Made by a program: the position numbers and the translations under genes. Below, in pieces: positions 11,128 through 24,538 of a stretch of 64,000 bases of DNA. The DNA is taken from assembly GCF_000150275.1 (NCBI RefSeq), contig NW_002060945.1, positions 3,867,172 to 3,931,171 on the forward strand, in the 5' to 3' direction. This DNA comes from Trichoplax adhaerens. Its lineage: Eukaryota > Animalia > Placozoa. Numbering within the stretch: position 1 is the stretch's first letter; each line of letters opens with the position of its first letter. The notes beneath the pieces were generated by a model, which was not told the origin of the DNA, made no database searches, and saw nothing but the letters and a program-made list of their open reading frames with translations.

Positions 11128-14100
11128 ATGGCTACAGAAGTTGATATCGATGATTCATTTTATAGGTAATAAATATTATCATGCATGGGTAAGAGATACA
11201 GTAGTTAAAGATACCTTACCGGTACAGTAGCAAGACCCTTCAAGCTCAATTATGGCATTCATAACGAACATCGCTGTGCAGTGATGCTTCAAAAGATGTT
11301 CAAGAAGAACACATCATTTCAATGATAGACTAGTTAGAACGATTTAATTTTACAGTAACAGTGAATAATTCAATACAGGCTATATATTATACGTGGTAGA
11401 CCATGTCATTTTACTGATGTCAATGCTGTAGGAATAGCTATTACTATATACGGTGTAAACCATTGACAGGTGTAAGTACTACTGTGCTCATTTTTCTCTA
11501 TTTTGATAATGACAGTCGACAAAGGTACATGTTGGGCGATCTTGCTATGCGCCAACTATCGAAGGCTAAGGTATTTCTTAGCGGTTTAGGAGGCCTTGGC
11601 GTTGAAATAGGTATAGCTTATGATGATAGTGTAAAATACTCGATCTATCATGACATTTCCTTGACTTAAGCATTCATTCTTGTTAATTATAATTAACTAT
11701 TATCAAAACATCATGGTGTCCTCTATGATATCGAAGCAAAAAATGTAACGTTGGCCGGTGTTAAGGTAAATTATTCCATAGCAATGAATTGCCGCATACC
11801 GTAATGTATCAGTCTTTGTAAAGAATGAAAGTCTTGCAGCCATAGGCAACTATTCTCTGCCATTTTAGCCACAAGTATTATCCTTATGTGCAGAGTTACT
11901 ATACTACTGTTTCCCTTTTTGGGAAGTAGTCTGATGGATAATTCTAAATGATTTGATACTACGGCTAAATCGTAACATCTAAATGTGGCAGGGTCTAACA
12001 CTTCACGATGTCAAAAACGCTTCTGTCTATGATCTTGGAACCCAATTCTATTTAAATACCGAAAACATTACAAAAATTGAGAATAGGTACGGTTTACTTA
12101 TGTGGAGTCAATATATCGATAATGATTAATTAAATTAATTCAACTAATTGACTAATTTGCTAGATACTCGTAAACGTAAATTCTTATCATACACTTATGT
12201 TGGATACAGAGCTAATAAGTTGTCATTTATTTTTATAATTAATTAATCATATCAAAAGTTATCAATATTCTATTCGTAAGTTGTTTTATGTCTTTCATTC
12301 GCACTGCCATCTTCTATTTTACAGAGCGAAGGCAAGTTTTCAAAGCATCTCTCAACTTAATCCACATGTTGTAGTGGATGTTTCAACTACTCCATTCAAT
12401 TGCGAAAGTGACCTATCGTTCTTATTACAATATCAATGTGTCGTTTTAACTGAAAGTCCGTTAGAGTTACAAGTTGTCGTAGATCAGTTTTGTCGATCGC
12501 AAGATCCACCTATTGCTGTAAGTATTGAGATATTCTACAGTTATCAAAAAATGAAATGGTGCTTCTAGCTGATAATATTTATTCTTAAATTAAATTATCT
12601 TGCATATAACTCGTCATTACTCCTCGCTTGCACAAATCAATTTTGAAATGCTAATGCATCTCTTTATTAGTTTATTTCAGCTGATGTATTTGGATTATTC
12701 TCCTTCTTATTTTGTGATTTTGGTGAGAGTTTTCAAGTTATTGATGGAGATGGAGAAGAGCCTGAAGAAATACTTCTATCCAACGTATCTAAAGTAGGGT
12801 TACTGATGACACTGAGATCTTATATCGTCAAATATACTATAATGCAATAATTTTACTTAAATTATTTAAATTAGGATAATCCTGCGGTAGTGAAGACAAT
12901 ATATGGCGTGCGTCATGGTCTAACAACTGGAGATTACGTAAAATTTCGTGAAATTAAAGGAATGACTGCATTAAATAATAGAATTGAACAAATAACAGGT
13001 ATTAGTCGGCAGTAATAATGTTAGTACTGTAGCATGGGTAAGTTCTCAAAATTTTTCTCGATTCTTGCTCTTTGTAGTGATCAGTCCGGACGAATTTACC
13101 ATTTGTGATACAACCTCCGACCAATTTGGGTCGTATGCCAACGGTGGTACATGTGTTCGCGTTAAGATACCGTTTAATGTGCAATTTGTAAGATTTAAGC
13201 AGTCGGCCATCTGAATGGATGTTTTTAACTTAGTCACGTTTGGATATCCTCACATTTTTGCTTTTCTATTTTAAATTTTGCTATAAAAGGAGGATCTATC
13301 AACGCAATTTAATAAACCTGATATTGCAATGACAGATTTTAGCAAGCCTGAGGTTCGTGATTCGAGAAACGAGGCCATCAATTTTGACTGGCAGCACTTA
13401 TTTTAGAGCATTCTATATTGTTTAGGTAAATTTGCAAAGTATAATTGCTTTAAGAGCCTTACATACCTTCAACGATGGCTATAAGCGAATGCCAAGGATA
13501 AGGTTTAACTGCAATGAATTTATGAATTATCTTTATCTAGCTATTGTTAATTTGCGTGTAGGCTTGCAATGACGTTTTTGTATTAGCGAACTATTAGTTA
13601 CTGTTTCTAAGGTTATTCATTAGTTGAAGTAAGGACCGTCATTCTAACATGAAGTAGCTTGATGAATTGGTTTAGATTTCAGTTTAAAAATGGGTGTTAT
13701 CAATTTAAATCTATAAAGGGACACTAAAGATGCTGAGCAAGTCATTAACATAGCACTGTCAATAATTGATAGCATGATTACAAAGGTATCATTTATATGC
13801 ATGGTGATTGATATTTATTTGATATGTAGTCAAATTGATGGAGAGGTTAATTATAATTGAAGATCGTTGAATTTACCTTTAGGTTGATAAATTAGATGTT
13901 GATATAGTTACACAGTTGGCGTACACTTGCCAGGGATGTTTTCAGCCATTAGTTGCAACCATGGGCGGCATTGTTGGCCAAGAAGTTCTTATTGCGCTAA
14001 CTAATAAATACGCACCTATAAAACAATGGGTACAACGTTTGTAACCATAAAGTCATTTTTTGCGGTATCTTCAAAACCTTATTGTTAAACTTATCACGCA

Positions 14101-17100
14101 GTTGTGCCTAGAAACTCAAAGTTTATTTGATGGAAGCAAAGACAATTCTATGTTTTTACCAAGGTATTATTGTAAACTTTTAATTTTAAAGTAGCAAAAA
14201 ATGTATTTAAGGTTTAATGAATGTTAATCCATTGCTTACTTTTAGAAATGATCGATATGATGGACTACGAATATGTATTGGAAATGATATTTGCGAGCGC
14301 TTGTCTAAGTTGAGGCTGTTTATGGTAAATGAGTATGACCTAATTCTTTAACTTAATAGTGCTATAGTACGTTTACACGATATATATTTGTAGCGTAGTA
14401 GTTATTGACTTTCATGCCTGTAAATGTATACGACATCCTATATATCTTTTACAGGTTGGGTGTGGAGCAATTGGATGTGAAATGTTAAAGAACTGTGCAC
14501 TAACAGGGATTGCTACTTCCGTAGATGGGCTAATGACAATAACTGATCATGATCTTATAGAAAAATCGAATCTAAATCGGCAATTTTTATTTAGAGAATC
14601 CCATATTCAGGTAGTTTAAATCACAATACAGTATGTTTCAGACTTCAGCTTAAGTACTTATATTAAATTAAGCAAACATGCGTATTATTTAGAAATCGAA
14701 GGCAGTTTGTTCTGCAGAGGTTACTCGAGTAATCAATCCAGGTTTGTCGTAAAGGACTCTGAATCATTTTGTGATATTTTATATTGCCGAAAATATCTGA
14801 CCTAGAGTTTTACGCTTTCTAAAACTCAGATATTCATATCGAGGCTCAGCAATTTCGAGGTACAATCCGTGAATTTGCGATTAAAATATGGCTGTCTATA
14901 TGGCTATTTTTCTAAGTGTGGCTAAAGTTTATAACATTTCTAATTAATATTTTTTTACTGTAGTTGGTCCTAGTACTGAAACGAGTGTTCACTGTGATTC
15001 ATTTTTTAAAACGTTACACGTCGTTGTAAATGCTCTTGATAATGTTGAAGCTAGACGATACATGGATGGGTAAGATTTGTAGTTCTGGCGCTTTATTACT
15101 ATTACAATGTTATGATTGTAGAAGTTAGTAATTACTGATTCCTGCTAAACTAATAGCCGTTGTGTAAGTAATCAGCGACCTCTACTAGATTCTGGAACGA
15201 CTGGCCCTAAAGGGCATGTCCAGGTAATTTTTATAGTTAAATAAGTCTAAGTATATTTATTTAATACTTTATGATCTTATCTGAGCTGATACTAAAACTA
15301 TTATAAATTTGTTCAGTATTTCATAATTGTCTGTACACTGTTAAGTTTTGATTGTTTTTCGATTCATGAAGGTTATCTTACCATTTGAAACAGAGACTTA
15401 CTCCGATCAGGTTACTGCAAGTTTTTGATTGATTAATTAATTTGAATTCGATGCTAATATCATGATGAAACTAATTCGTTGCGGTTATGGTATTATGTTA
15501 TGTCTCTAGCGTGATGCAAATGATGAGACTGTTATTCCTTATTGTACCTTAAAATCTTTCCCAGCACGTATTGAACATACTATTCAATGGGCAAGAGATA
15601 AGGTTAACCTGTTTAAGATAAAATTTATCACTTTGGTAATTATCTTCCGTCAATTTATTAATCTCTATTTTACTAAAAACATGCGCTTATACAGTTTGAA
15701 TCTTTTATGGTACATAAACCTTCTACTTATTCAAAATTTTGGTCAATTCATGGTCAACCAAATGAAATTATAGAGGTAATGTATGTTAACATCCATGTTA
15801 AATACGAATGAACTCCAAAGCCATTTACATGACCTGAAAACGAACCCAATATTGCTATTACCTCGTTATATGTGCAAGTATGTATTAAACCGCTACTACT
15901 CATTCTTAACAGAAACTTGAGAGAAACCAAAGTTTACAAGGGATCGTAGTAGTCGCGAAGCTGTTAAATAACAGGCTCCATACTTGGGAAGATTGTATCA
16001 GAATTGCCAGAATTAAATTCGAAAAGTATTTCAATCATAAGGTAAAGTATTTATATGGGTACCGGAGTTAATCTGGGCCTAGTTCCTTGTACGTCTTTGA
16101 GTTTAATTGTTTCTACTATTTTAGGCTCGTCAGTTGTTAGATGCGTTCCCACTAAGTGCAACCCTTTCTGATGGATGTAAGATATGATCCTTTATGCAAG
16201 AAACACACAATACAACTTTGTTACTCGAGTTCTTCATAAGCAATTTGTATTAATATATTTTATTTTCGTACGTGTAGCATTATTTTGGAGTTCTCCTAAA
16301 CGTCCTCCCGCTCCTCTACAATTTGATGTACATAACGAAACGTGAGTAATAAATTAGAAGCTATTTTGCAATTGTTCGTCTAATAAATGTACATTATTGT
16401 AGTCATATAGCATTTATTGAATCAACGGCTAGATTACTTGCAGATGTTTATGGCTTATCGTATAATCAACAGGTAATGAATATGTATAGGTGCATCCTGC
16501 TGTAGATCTTTTTGAGCTCTATATTTTTGCAGTTGCTGTTAATAATTTCACTTACTCTTGATGAACTTATAATTAATAGCTAGCGCGGATATCTATTCCT
16601 GCTATCGTTGCTGACACTGTTATTCCTGTATATACCAAATCAAATAAGGTTAGCATTAGATCGCTATAATGAGTACAGTTTATAAATATTCTTTTGTGCT
16701 GATATCAAAAGTAAAGGTATATTTTGGAATTTGTCTAGGAAATTGTTGTTGATGAATCGGTGAAGAAAGAGGAAATAACAAAAGTGGAGACGAAAATTGA
16801 AAAATATATTCATGATGTTGTCAGTTTTATAAAGAGCTCAGGATCCACTGAGAATCGTTCGTATTTTGTTAATTTTACGCTATTACGCACAACTATGAAA
16901 TATTTTATGTTCATGATATTATTCTCTTTTGATTATAATTATACATCGTTTCAGCTTCCGTAATACCTTCGCTGCATGTTCATCCATTTGAAAAAGACGA
17001 TGACGGAAATGGACATATTGACTTTATTACAGCAGCTTCTGTTAGTATCATCTCATGAAATTTACGATTTCAGTTGATGTACTACTATGCTTATAATTGT

Positions 17101-18810
17101 GCCTAATGACTTAACGCTATATCATTAATGGATAGTTTAGTATTTATAATATAGTCTATAAGTATTTCCACACTGTAGTTTTAAGAGAATAGTAATCTTG
17201 TCTGAAATTGTGATTTTGTGAAAATACAAATTGCTTCCTCAACTAAATTTATTTCGAAGTACTTTCAAGTAGCTTTATACGTATGCATAAAATCTGTATA
17301 AATTTTTATATTTGTTTAAAGCTATTTTAAATCTCTTAAAGAATCTTCGGGCTATGATGTATGGAATTGAAACTGTTGATAGACTAAAAACAAAAAGAAT
17401 TGCTGGAAAGATAGTGCCCGCTATTGCTACGACAACTGCTACCGTTGCTGGTTTAGTAAGCAATTATATGGATCGATAATTTGTAAATCAATTAATTGAA
17501 AAAGATATGATACCGTCACAACCAGCTTCGTGACAAAGATAACGTAAAATAAATCTCTAAATTACTATAGTCTCTGGGATTCAGTATCCCTTAACTAACT
17601 CACAAGAATTTAGACGCTTTTGTTTCTACGTTAAACAACAATAGAACTCTCTTATATTCAACTATCTGCCGAGCTTAAATACCCTTCGGCAGCTGCTATC
17701 ATGTATGAGTTATAACAGTTCATGAATTTAGTTCATATTGGATAGCTAAATTAATACAAAAATTAGTCATAATCTTAGACATGTACTGAACGATTCTAGA
17801 TAATTAGATTACAGTATGTCCATACACAGAATTATTTATAGTATCATCGATAATTAAATGTCTTCAGGATATTCATCACAAGCGTTACAAGACATAAGAC
17901 TATAATCAATTAGCATTAGTTACCTTATGAGAATTCTTACTACAGTACAACATAATTTACTGTAACAAAATAATAGCTACCGTAGTCCTTACTGTAAGTC
18001 ATTATTAGTTATCTCCATATATATATATGTTAACCACTAAATTTAGTCATTTACTCTTCACGGTGGTTCGTACCGTGACAGATACCGATAACTAATTCAT
18101 GTTAATGCTTAGGTTACGGCTGAATTAATCAAGATTGTAAGTCAATTACCTCTAAATGGCTATCGAAACGCGTTTATCAATTTGGCTATACCATTGGTAC
18201 TCCTATCAGAACCTGGACCTGCAAATAAAACAGCTATTAAGTAACTATTATAAATAATAGTTTTATATCATTAAGAAAATTTTAAAATCTTTAGTTAACG
18301 AAATGCAGATCATAAATGGATAATAAATATTCTAACGACTTGATAGTGACGATATTTCGTATACGTCGTGGGACCGATGGGATGTTGTAGGAGATGAATC
18401 TTTTACATTGTCACAGTTTATACAGTGGTTCAAGGTAATCTATGTAAATTATATAAAATTACTAAACTCATTATTAAGATGGTTTGTTCCTTTTAGGATC
18501 ATTATAAACTTACTGCTACGGCGGTCATGCATGGAGTTAAGATCATTTATATGGCCGTGATGCCTGGGCATGCTAAAAAAAGGGATCAAACGTAAGATAT
18601 GAATTTAGAACACTTTCTTTACGCAAAATTGATTTTAGATTGCGTGCAATATAGCGATTTTGTTTTTTTAACATGTATGTTATTCCTTCTAGGATGAAGA
18701 AATTATTAAAGTTGCAAAGTAGCGTAAAAAGTGTCGAGTTAACTGTTTCGTTTGAAGACAAGTATGGCGATTCCGTGACTACTCCTCCAATACGTTATAG
18801 TTTAAGTTAG
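11128..18810 (+). CDS. UBA6: Ubiquitin-like modifier-activating enzyme 6 (E1), roughly 30 exons
   Basis: [40 protein letters not shown]; [12 protein letters not shown]; [13 protein letters not shown]; catalytic [24 protein letters not shown]; [18 protein letters not shown]; C-terminal TPPIRYSLS*. The RQRY-x-LG, TLKSFP and PP-x-RY signatures fit UBA6 rather than UBA1. Confidence 0.93.
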
Positions 18811-19341
18811 ATGGGTGCTTTTCAAAGGCCAAAACTTTCTTTGATCAGATTCATTAAAATATTATTTTATGACATGTTAATAAGTATTTGTGCAAATGGA
18901 GAGAAGTGGTATGTTCTGTCAGAACCCTGCATGTCTAAAATTTTGTAAATAAAGATTTAAGTATATGTCTGTTATATTTTTATTTTGCGTACATTTAAAT
19001 GTACTAATATATTGCTACTTCTGTTATAGAATTACAACAGCTTTAATTTTACCTATGCCACATTGCACCCTTAAATAGGTCTAACAAAGAAGAATTAAAA
19101 GCAGCACTTCATTCACTTCGAAATTTTATGGTTTTCTTTCGTTCTTTACATAGTAATCAACAGACTTTACTTATCATACAGATCAATGATACCATAAACG
19201 AACATAAATATTTCGGTGGATTCACCCCCCTATTCACAGATTTAGATCATTTACTTCTTTAAGCGAGATACAATCGTGCAAGGCATGAATTGATAATCTG
19301 TATTTGTTAGCGTCTGTATCTTTAAAATTTCTTTATCAAAA

Positions 19342-21759
19342 TTAAAATAATTTTGCACAGTTCCACGTACAAAACCCATAAACACAATTGCTATCCGACG
19401 GAATAATTACTGTGCCTTGCAAGTTGCGATTTTCGTTTGTGATTGACTCTAAGCTAGACAATTTAGCAAACCAGTGGCGATAAAATTTATTTCCACATTT
19501 CCAGCAGTGACCTTTGGCTTTCATATCTTTAAGAATTTGCTGTGGTAAGGGGGAGTCACGGCAGTTAAAAGCAGCGACGATATCTAGTGAAACACAGAAC
19601 TAATAATTCAAATATTGTCCTAGTATATAGTTGAGTAGTGGACTAAATAATGCATAGTGGGAGAGGTTAAACGTTATAATTAGATATTTGTGCCTCTTCT
19701 ACTCACCTTCATTTAGTGCCCTAATACTTAATTCTACTAGCGGCAGTACCTTTTGCGATTTATTAGTTATAACGTCACCATCATTCGAAATTACGACCGC
19801 ACGTTTATCTTGATCGTACAATTTAGATATGCATATATACAGTTAGAATGAAGTATTCACATCTGACTGATAGGAAAATACCTTCTTCCAAAGCTGGGGT
19901 TTACAATAATTTGTAATGTTGTAATCACTTATTTACAGCAAAAATAAAATTAAATTGAAGAATTTGCTTTTATTGTATGCGACTTACCGAGTACTATTTG
20001 CAACCTATCTTGAGTGTGTAGTTTTTCGTTACCACGAAGTGAGAAGTATTGAAGATTCTGTAGTTTGGCAATAGCTGCTGGTAGGTAGCTGAGCTGATTG
20101 TTATCGATAGTAATAACTGATAATGCTTTCATAGATGACATATCTGTTCCGAGGAGATAAAAAATATTTCCGTGACCGAGATTTAAGTTAATGGCAAAAC
20201 TACAAATTTGAAATTTGCGCAACTTTGACCTTTTCTTGTATCCATTGGCTAGTAAAACTTACCATGAGGCAATTCGGTAATTTTGTTACCAGACACAGAT
20301 AGATATTCTAATTTTGAAAGCATGATGATGCTGTTTGGTAGTCGTATCAAATCATTATATTCGGCAATTAAACAATCTAATTTATTACAATTTCCAAGTT
20401 CTTCCGGCAGTCTTCGTATTTGATTACTCGCTATATTTAAACTTTTTAATTGCTTAAGTTGGCCAATTTCTGTAATTCAATTAAGATATTGTGCACGTTG
20501 GGTTAGTCTATAACTTGTGTAAATTGTTTATTTATATGATTTCAATTTAATTTCATACTAAACATGTTTCATTAGCGTAATACTGCTATCGATAAGAATT
20601 ATCGAGTTATAAATACAGTAGGTCGTTTTTCATTCTGATGATATCGTAGATTATATTATCACTATAATTAATAATAATATGGGTAGCAACTAGTCAATGA
20701 TTACCTGACGGAAGATCATGCAATTTGTTTCTGTATAAGTTTAATCTTTGAAGTGAACCCATTTGCCCAATGTTAAGCGGTAAGCTTTGAAGTTGATTAC
20801 AACTTACATCTAAAGTTTGTAGATTGCGAAGATTTCCAATTTCTGTAAGAGTAATACATAGGGTATTATATGCTGTATAATTTATTTATGGAGTCTTAAA
20901 AGTTTCTAATAAGTTCTATGAGAATTGATAATGCTTACAAACCGGAAGGTAAAGCTGTTAGATAGTTTAAGGGTAGATATCTGGAAAAGAGCCCAGTGTT
21001 ATTATTGAGTTCAATAAACAAGTAACTTGAATGTTTAGCGAGTTGATATTACGGCGATTGTGGACTAATTCTTGCGATGATATTACAGTAAAATAATATT
21101 TTTGCTCATTACGTGAGGACGGAGGAGTTTACTCGCAGTAAAATATGAACAGTTTTAGCTTTTAGTGAGAAATACTTATGCAGCGGCAATAGTTAGAATT
21201 GAAAACAGAGAAGAAGCTTGACCAATTGTATATTATAAATTATTTAAAACATTATGGAATAATTTATTGCACTGTTTAGACTTACAATTGAACAAGTTGA
21301 TGAAGTAAACCAATTCTAGGTGTCTGTATGAAATTCGGTAATAATTTATTGATCATATCATGCCATCAATTAGTAAAGGATCAAATGTATCTGGGTAAGC
21401 TAAAGATTATGAATTTACTTAGCATTATAAATGATCTTTTTAAAGGTCTTACCAATTCAGTTAGTTGATTACACTTAAGATACATGGTTTTGATTATATG
21501 AAAATGTTTTTCTTGATATATTGATAGGGGTAGTCGTTCTAAGGCACAATAGTTGAGTTCGACGGTTTCTGTTTAAGAATTAAGTGAGAGTATCACAAAT
21601 AAAGTGAGAATCTAGTAAGGAGTTTCCGTGGGTAGTAGAACGAATTTACAATCGTATTATCGATTTTTAGTAGAATAGTACCGAGATGGCTAGCTCTTAG
21701 TAGCTCGATAAACTTTTTACAAGAGCACATAGATCTATACTGTCACCTGATGGTTCCAT
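19342..21759 (-). CDS. LRRC28: Leucine-rich repeat protein, LRRC28-like, about 9 exons
   Basis: MEPSETVELNYCALERLPLSIY..TMYLKCNQLTEL, multiple LxxLxLxxNxL repeats, VLPLVELSIRAL, and a C-terminal GHCWKC...FCTWNC Cys cluster as in LRRC28. The start codon is inferred from splice phase. Confidence 0.7.
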
Positions 21760-22446
21760 GTTTTGATTCTTTCTTTGACATTCTAGGTCAATCGATATGC
21801 GCAAGCTAATGACCGTTGATGTATTTCTATTCAAGACTATATGTAACAACGACTCTTCTATGATACCTGAAGAGATATTCTCTCCAATGACGTAAAAGGT
21901 CTAAAGATTTCAACTGATATTTAAAGATCTATTTTATGATTACTAATCTTATTAGTTAATCTGAGGTATGCAATCCTTTCATTATTTATTTCAGCTTATT
22001 AACTTTCTCGATAACGTAGTACTACAGTATATTATTGATTTCCAGTTGTATGCCGTATATTTGATGTTGACTCAAGATGGCTACCTATCATGATCTTTTC
22101 TCACTAAAGTTGATAAAGTATTCGACTAAAATTAATTAATAGGTATTTATCTAGAAATAGTAATCACGTGAGGAATAGGAAAATGTCATGCGCAAAGCTC
22201 ATCACTATCTTCCAGCCGTATTGAATTCAGGCTGGAAAGACATTAGCGTAAATTAGACGGCCAGGCTAAAGACGTTGAATGTGGTAGTCAACCGATCTTC
22301 TTGGGGGATTATAGATTGTAGAATATCTTTGGTCTAATTTAAATTAATTTTATGCTTATTTACTGATACGGTGCATATTTTACAAGTTGTACTAGTGGTT
22401 GAGTTGTAAATAATGCATCTTTTAAACATTTCATATTCATCGTAGA

Positions 22447-22482
22447 GCTCTCTCTCTTTCTCTCTCTCTCTATATATATATA
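22447..22482. repeat. (CT)n(TA)n compound microsatellite
   Basis: ctctctctctttctctctctctctatatatatata. Confidence 0.9.
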
Positions 22483-22677
22483 TTAATTAGGAATCGTTAT
22501 AAAGTTAGCATAGGACAATATCTGTGGCAATAATAGAAATAGCTTATGTGAGTTAACTATTAATAGAACTGATTGCATGGCTATCCTGACATCCTGACAC
22601 ATATGTTAGTGGCAAGTGGGTAACGCTTTTCAATATGGCTCCGAAACGGTTATGAACCGGTACTGCCAGAAATTCGC

Positions 22678-22717
22678 TACACTGTACATACTGTACTGTA
22701 CAGTACACTGTATAGTA
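22678..22717. repeat. CAGTA/TACTG array upstream of the LRRC28-like gene
   Basis: tacactgtacatactgtactgtacagtacactgtatagta. Confidence 0.85.
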
Positions 22718-23624
22718 TTCTCTCAACGGGTCACTAACCGGCCAGCAAACATTCCATTATAGTAAATACGCTCTATTAATCATTATGTTGAATGCTTATA
22801 AGTTTAGTATTAGTAATATGTAGACGAAATACTACATCATGAATATGTATAAAGTTCTATGGGTATTATATGCACAAAAGAAGTAGAGCTAATCTATACG
22901 TATCATGTAACACTGTCTACGCGATTAACTTAGTGAAATAGTCCTATCTTTAATATAATTCGAATTAGTAACGATAAATGCATTTATATTATAATTAGTG
23001 AAGGATATTATTTCATCGATTTATTAATAAGGACTGAGACATCATATGATCTTTGCATGATGAATTTTTTGTAGCATAAGTAATATTAGTGACAAAGAAT
23101 ACGATGGATATTAATATCATACATTACATGTATAGGTTTCATGTCAGCATTTTTTATAAATGCGGTAGCTTTCTGAAAGGTATCCAATGTACTGTACTGT
23201 AAGTAATGTCATTGTAGTGTGGATTAGAATTGATTCAAGAAGTTTTTCAACAATATGTCTGCAAAAATTTGAGAATCTTTGATAGAAATAATACTACACA
23301 TGCAAGTACGGTATGTAGTAACGTCGTATGCATTCTAATCGCAGTTTTAGACAACGGGTATTGTATATGCCATGACTGTGTTAACGTGAGTAATCTATCG
23401 TCTAAGACTCGAATCTAAGTTTGGTTGATTAAAGAGTGCTTAGAGTTAGTTGCTTAGATAGTTAAGTCTACTTTAGAGGAAAGAATCCCGTTTAATTCTT
23501 GTGTTACAATCTCGGTTGTGACAAGAACGTACATTGCGTTTTCAACAGAAATGCACGAATAGGTAAGAGTTTATAAATATCCTCCTGAGATTATATTAAA
23601 CTAGCAAATTGCTAATATTAGCAG

Positions 23625-24538
23625 TTAGATTGCTTCGTAGCGTAAAAGACAACATTCTGTTGCCGGAACGTTTAATCTGCAGTCAAGGCCGGATATGCTG
23701 GAGTAAAAACGAACCAAATCATTTAAATTGTTAAAGTATGCAAATCCGTCCTGAAATAAAGAAGAAAAAAATAATTAGAAACTTTTGGATAGTTATGAAG
23801 ATAAATTTTAGTTTGTTATGTATATTCTTGTAAATTGCCATTATTCAGATGCTAGTGTTTGGAAATTATAGCTACTGAAGCTTATAAATGCGATAATAAA
23901 TGTTTTAAATATGGGATGAAGTCTTAAAGTGTAATTAATGTAGCTTCTTTACGTATGCATATCAACGGTATAAGAGATTAATTTTAATTGTCACTATATT
24001 GTTGATTTCAGTGACAATTTATACGAGTATTTTCTGATAGATAGTGACTGTATGTGGACTTTTTTATATTAATAGTTACAAATTTTTTACATTTATTTTC
24101 CTCAACTAACCTTTTCTTTATCAAATATTTCATAGCGCTGGAAACGTTTTCGATAGGTAATTTCATAGTCAATAATGCTAGCATTGAGGCTAGCACGACA
24201 TTCGGGATCGAAATTGGGTATAACTAATACACTTAGAATTAGGTGACCAAGATCAGTCTGGCTTTGTCGTATAACGAAAACGCCTCTGGTTTTGGCTTGA
24301 TGGAGAAAAGATACGGTATCAGACCTACAATATAGACGTATGTTTGAAATGATGAGAACTGGTGCTAATTTAATAAATATTAATTAGTAGGCATTTTATA
24401 CGGTATATACGTAATCATGGGATACCTACTATAATTGTTCACAAAGAAATTACAGAGGCAAGCAACAGGTTGTTTTAAGCTTACCAAGAGAAATCTAGTC
24501 TCAACCAACGTCTTGCTCCATCGTATAAAGATATATGG
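23625..24538 (-). CDS. Small SH2-domain protein (exons 24538-24485, 24323-24111, 23750-23625); 5' end unresolved, possibly a pseudogene
   Basis: The spliced frame reads RRWLRLDFSWSDTVSFLHQAKTRGVFVIRQSQTDLGHLILSVLV...IIDYEI...GFAYFNNLNDLVRFYSSISGLDCRL. This has the SH2 betaA Trp, a FLVRES-like FVIRQS motif and the F-x-x-L-x-x-LV-x-x-Y alphaB motif. Confidence 0.7.
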
